Of a DNA stretch of 64,000 nt, positions 58,572 through 64,000 are shown one piece after another; within the stretch, counting starts at the first letter, position 1, and the number at the start of each line of letters is the position of its first letter. Origin of the DNA: the human T2T-CHM13v2.0 reference genome, Homo sapiens; the NCBI RefSeq assembly GCF_009914755.1, contig NC_060936.1; one strand, given 5' to 3'. Below the pieces are notes generated by a model. The model worked only from the letters and a program-made list of their open reading frames with translations. It did no database searches and was not told the origin of the DNA. Both the position numbers and the translations under genes were made by a program.

Positions 58572-59824
58572 TCACTTTCAAAGAAAATAGTATGGAAATG
58601 GAAAAATATTAACTTTATAGTGAAGAAACCTGGCAAACACTACCTTAACTAAATGATCAAGGTTAACATTATGAGTTATAAGCCATGTTGGCATCAAGTA
58701 CATCATGATATAATGGGGTGAGATGAACATCTTTACTAATTAAATACAAACACATATTATACACATTATAATTGGAATAGAAGATAATGGGAGTGAAGTA
58801 CAGAAATAAAAGGGAATCAATTTATTGATCAAGGGGGGAGTTATCGGAATGGGAAGAATTATAGAATAAGTTAAAAAAAAGTGGAAGGTAGCTATGCACC
58901 TTTCGCCAATAACAGAAGTTCAATACTTCATTTCTCAATATTCCATCTCTGCAGGATCAAATTGTGATTCTCTTATATTTCAAAAGATTAGTTCTTGAAG
59001 GTAGAAGGAGCAAAAAGCAGTAAAATTAGATTTGTCATTAATCGTAATGCTAAGTAAATTTGAGCAATTAGAGCAAACTAGAAATAAAATCTGGAAATAA
59101 AGAAAAATCAAGTCAATGGCAACAGTAATAACCACTGACACCACTTCTCTGTGCCAGACACTATTCTAAAGAGTTTTGCAAATACTAACTGATAGAATCC
59201 TCACAACAACCCTATGATATACTGTTATTATCTCTGTGTCATAGATGAGGTAGTTGAGACTCGGAGAGATCCAGCACCTGTCTCCACACCATATTAGCCA
59301 CTAGTGGCAGAGTTAGGATCAGAATACAGGCAGCTTAGCATCAAATCAGACCCTGAGCCTGTGACTCCATCCTTTCCAGTTAAAGGCATAAGAGGGAGTC
59401 CCAGAATTCAAGGAAATCACTGCAATATAAACAGACAAGTAAACAAACTGTTACCACTCAATGTAAGTGTAACAATGGAGGAGAGGACAGCGAGCCAACT
59501 TCACAGAAGTGACAGTGAAAACAAATCTTGACAGGGAAGTAAGAACTTGCTTTGTGACAGGATAGGATTTCTGGCAAGAGAATAGCTGTATGAAAGAAGT
59601 TTTGGACTGATTGTTCAAGGCTGTGTGGAAAATACATTGCAGAATACACTACTCAAATGATAACTTCCACCTTTGGCTGGGCGTGTATTTCACATACAGA
59701 AAAACTCTAGCAAATCCATCATTAAATGTATTGATATCAAATGTTTGTCAGTTTCATTTGGGCCTATTCATCCTCACTACCTTCAGGAGTTAAAACTGAA
59801 CCTCTATTAGAAATATCACTTCTA

Positions 59825-60620
<796 letters not shown>

Positions 60621-60791
60621 TTTTAGAAACATTTTTGAAAAATATGTTACAAAAATCCAGGAGAGAGTAACTGAAACAGTAGGAGTTGAGGCAGCAAATG
60701 CTACCATTAACTATGTGTTGAGTATTTTTCTAAATTGCCTGAATGCTTTATCTCATTTAACTCTCATAACAACCCTGTGAAGTAACTACTA

Positions 60792-62233
<1,442 letters not shown>

Positions 62234-62340
62234 TATTGTTCTCACTGTTTTATAGATGAGGCAACTGAGGTACAGAGAGGTTGAGTAATTTACACAAAGT
62301 TGCAATCAGTTTAGTAACTGTCGGATCCAGGGTTCAATGA

Positions 62341-62657
<317 letters not shown>

Positions 62658-63351
62658 AAATTCCAGATTTCACAGAAAAGAGTGATCCTATTTGTACTTC
62701 AATTAATTTATTAATTCAACAGATGGTCTAGTATGGCCTAGATCTGTGACTACAGATGCATATACCTATAGGGGCCATTCCAGAAACATATCGTGTGAAG
62801 TCAGCCAAGCGTAAGACAGTGGGGAGCAATAAGAATTATGAATAACAGGAGACCATAAGCTTTGTTTAAAGGGGGAAGCTGGGCAGGGCACAGTGGTGGA
62901 CACCTATAATCCTAGCTATGATCTCACCACTGTACTCTAGCCTGAGAGAGTAAGACCCTGGCTCTAAAAAATAATAAATAAATAAATAAATAAATAAATA
63001 AAGTAGGGGCAGCTACCAACCTCAGTTGTTGTTACATGGGGACAGTATTCTCACATTTTCCAATTTTTCAAGAGATACTGGAAAAACATATTTTTATATG
63101 AATATATAATCTTCCATATGAATATATATGAATACATAAAATCTTCCAATTTGGGAGAAACAGTGTATAAAATGAGTTCTGTTCTGGACATGCCACATTT
63201 TCACTAGCTGTAGATTGTCCAGCAGTTAGAAATTTGACTGTACAGTTCACGAAAATTACTTGTGAAGCAAGCACAGATTCAGAAATATTTAGTGTGCATG
63301 CAGAAAGGAGAGCTATTCATGGAAAAGGTGTAAATTAAGAAGAAAATAAGA

Positions 63352-63642
63352 GGGTCGGGCGTGGTGGCTCATGTCTGTAATCCCAGCACTTTAGGAGGCC
63401 GAGACAGACGGATCACCTGAGGTTGGGAGCTCAAGACCAGCCTGGTCAACATGGTGAAACCCCGTCTCTACTAAAAATACAAAAAATTAGCCTGGTGTGG
63501 CGGTGGGCCCCTGTAATCCCAGCTACTCGGGAGGCTGAGGCAGGAGAATCGCTTGTGGAGGTTGCAGTGAGCCGAGATCACACCGCTGCACTCCAGCCTA
63601 GGCTACAGAGCAAGACTTTGTTTCAAAAACAAACAAACAAAA
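63352..63642 (+). mobile_element. Alu
   Basis: Dimer with (AAAC)n tail. Confidence 0.9.
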
Positions 63643-64000
63643 GGAAGTGTTTTAGTTCCATTTTTCCAACTTCAGTGGTATTTTATTATCATTAAAATTA
63701 TTATTTTATCTCTTCAGGTGTTCTTTTTTGGTATTGTTTGCTCTTAGGACATTTTGAAACTTCTGAGATAGTTAACAAATTTCCTCAGAATCACCAATAA
63801 CAAAAACTATAATTTTTGTGGGAAAGCAATACCCATTTAGGTTTATAATTATATACAAAGCAGAATTCTTCATATCTACAAGTTAAAACTTGGTTCACAT
63901 ATTAAAAATTATTTAGGTGGCATGTACCTATAGTCCCAGCTTCTCAGGAGGCTGAGGCACGAGGATCCCTTAAGCCCAAGAGTTAAAAGAGCAGCCACGG

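Overview
Human (primate) genomic DNA, rich in Alu, L1 and DNA-transposon relics. It contains essentially the whole NAP1L1 gene (nucleosome assembly protein 1-like 1) on the minus strand: a CpG-island TCT/5'TOP promoter at ~47726, a non-coding exon 1, and 14 coding exons (37277 to 11515). The coding exons splice with GT-AG boundaries into a 1176-nt ORF (391 aa, MADIDNKEQ...PAECKQQ), followed by a multi-kb 3' UTR. Intron 6 holds a full-length, TSD-flanked processed pseudogene of DENR, antisense to the host gene. The 16 kb upstream (48.3-64 kb) is nested repeat sequence. I see no evidence of a wholly new gene system. The most interesting signals are post-transcriptional: (i) alternative C-termini that add or remove the CKQQ CaaX box; (ii) a 3'UTR intron 36 nt after the stop, plus let-7 sites gated by alternative polyadenylation; (iii) a candidate (UG)n-filled cryptic poison exon in intron 3 with TDP-43-type architecture; (iv) inverted Alus around stop-free in-frame exon blocks (candidate circRNAs); (v) RFX X-boxes in both the promoter and an upstream solo LTR. 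Exon coordinates were read by hand and checked by phase and translation. Repeat boundaries and subfamily names are approximate, from recall of consensus sequences; no search was run.
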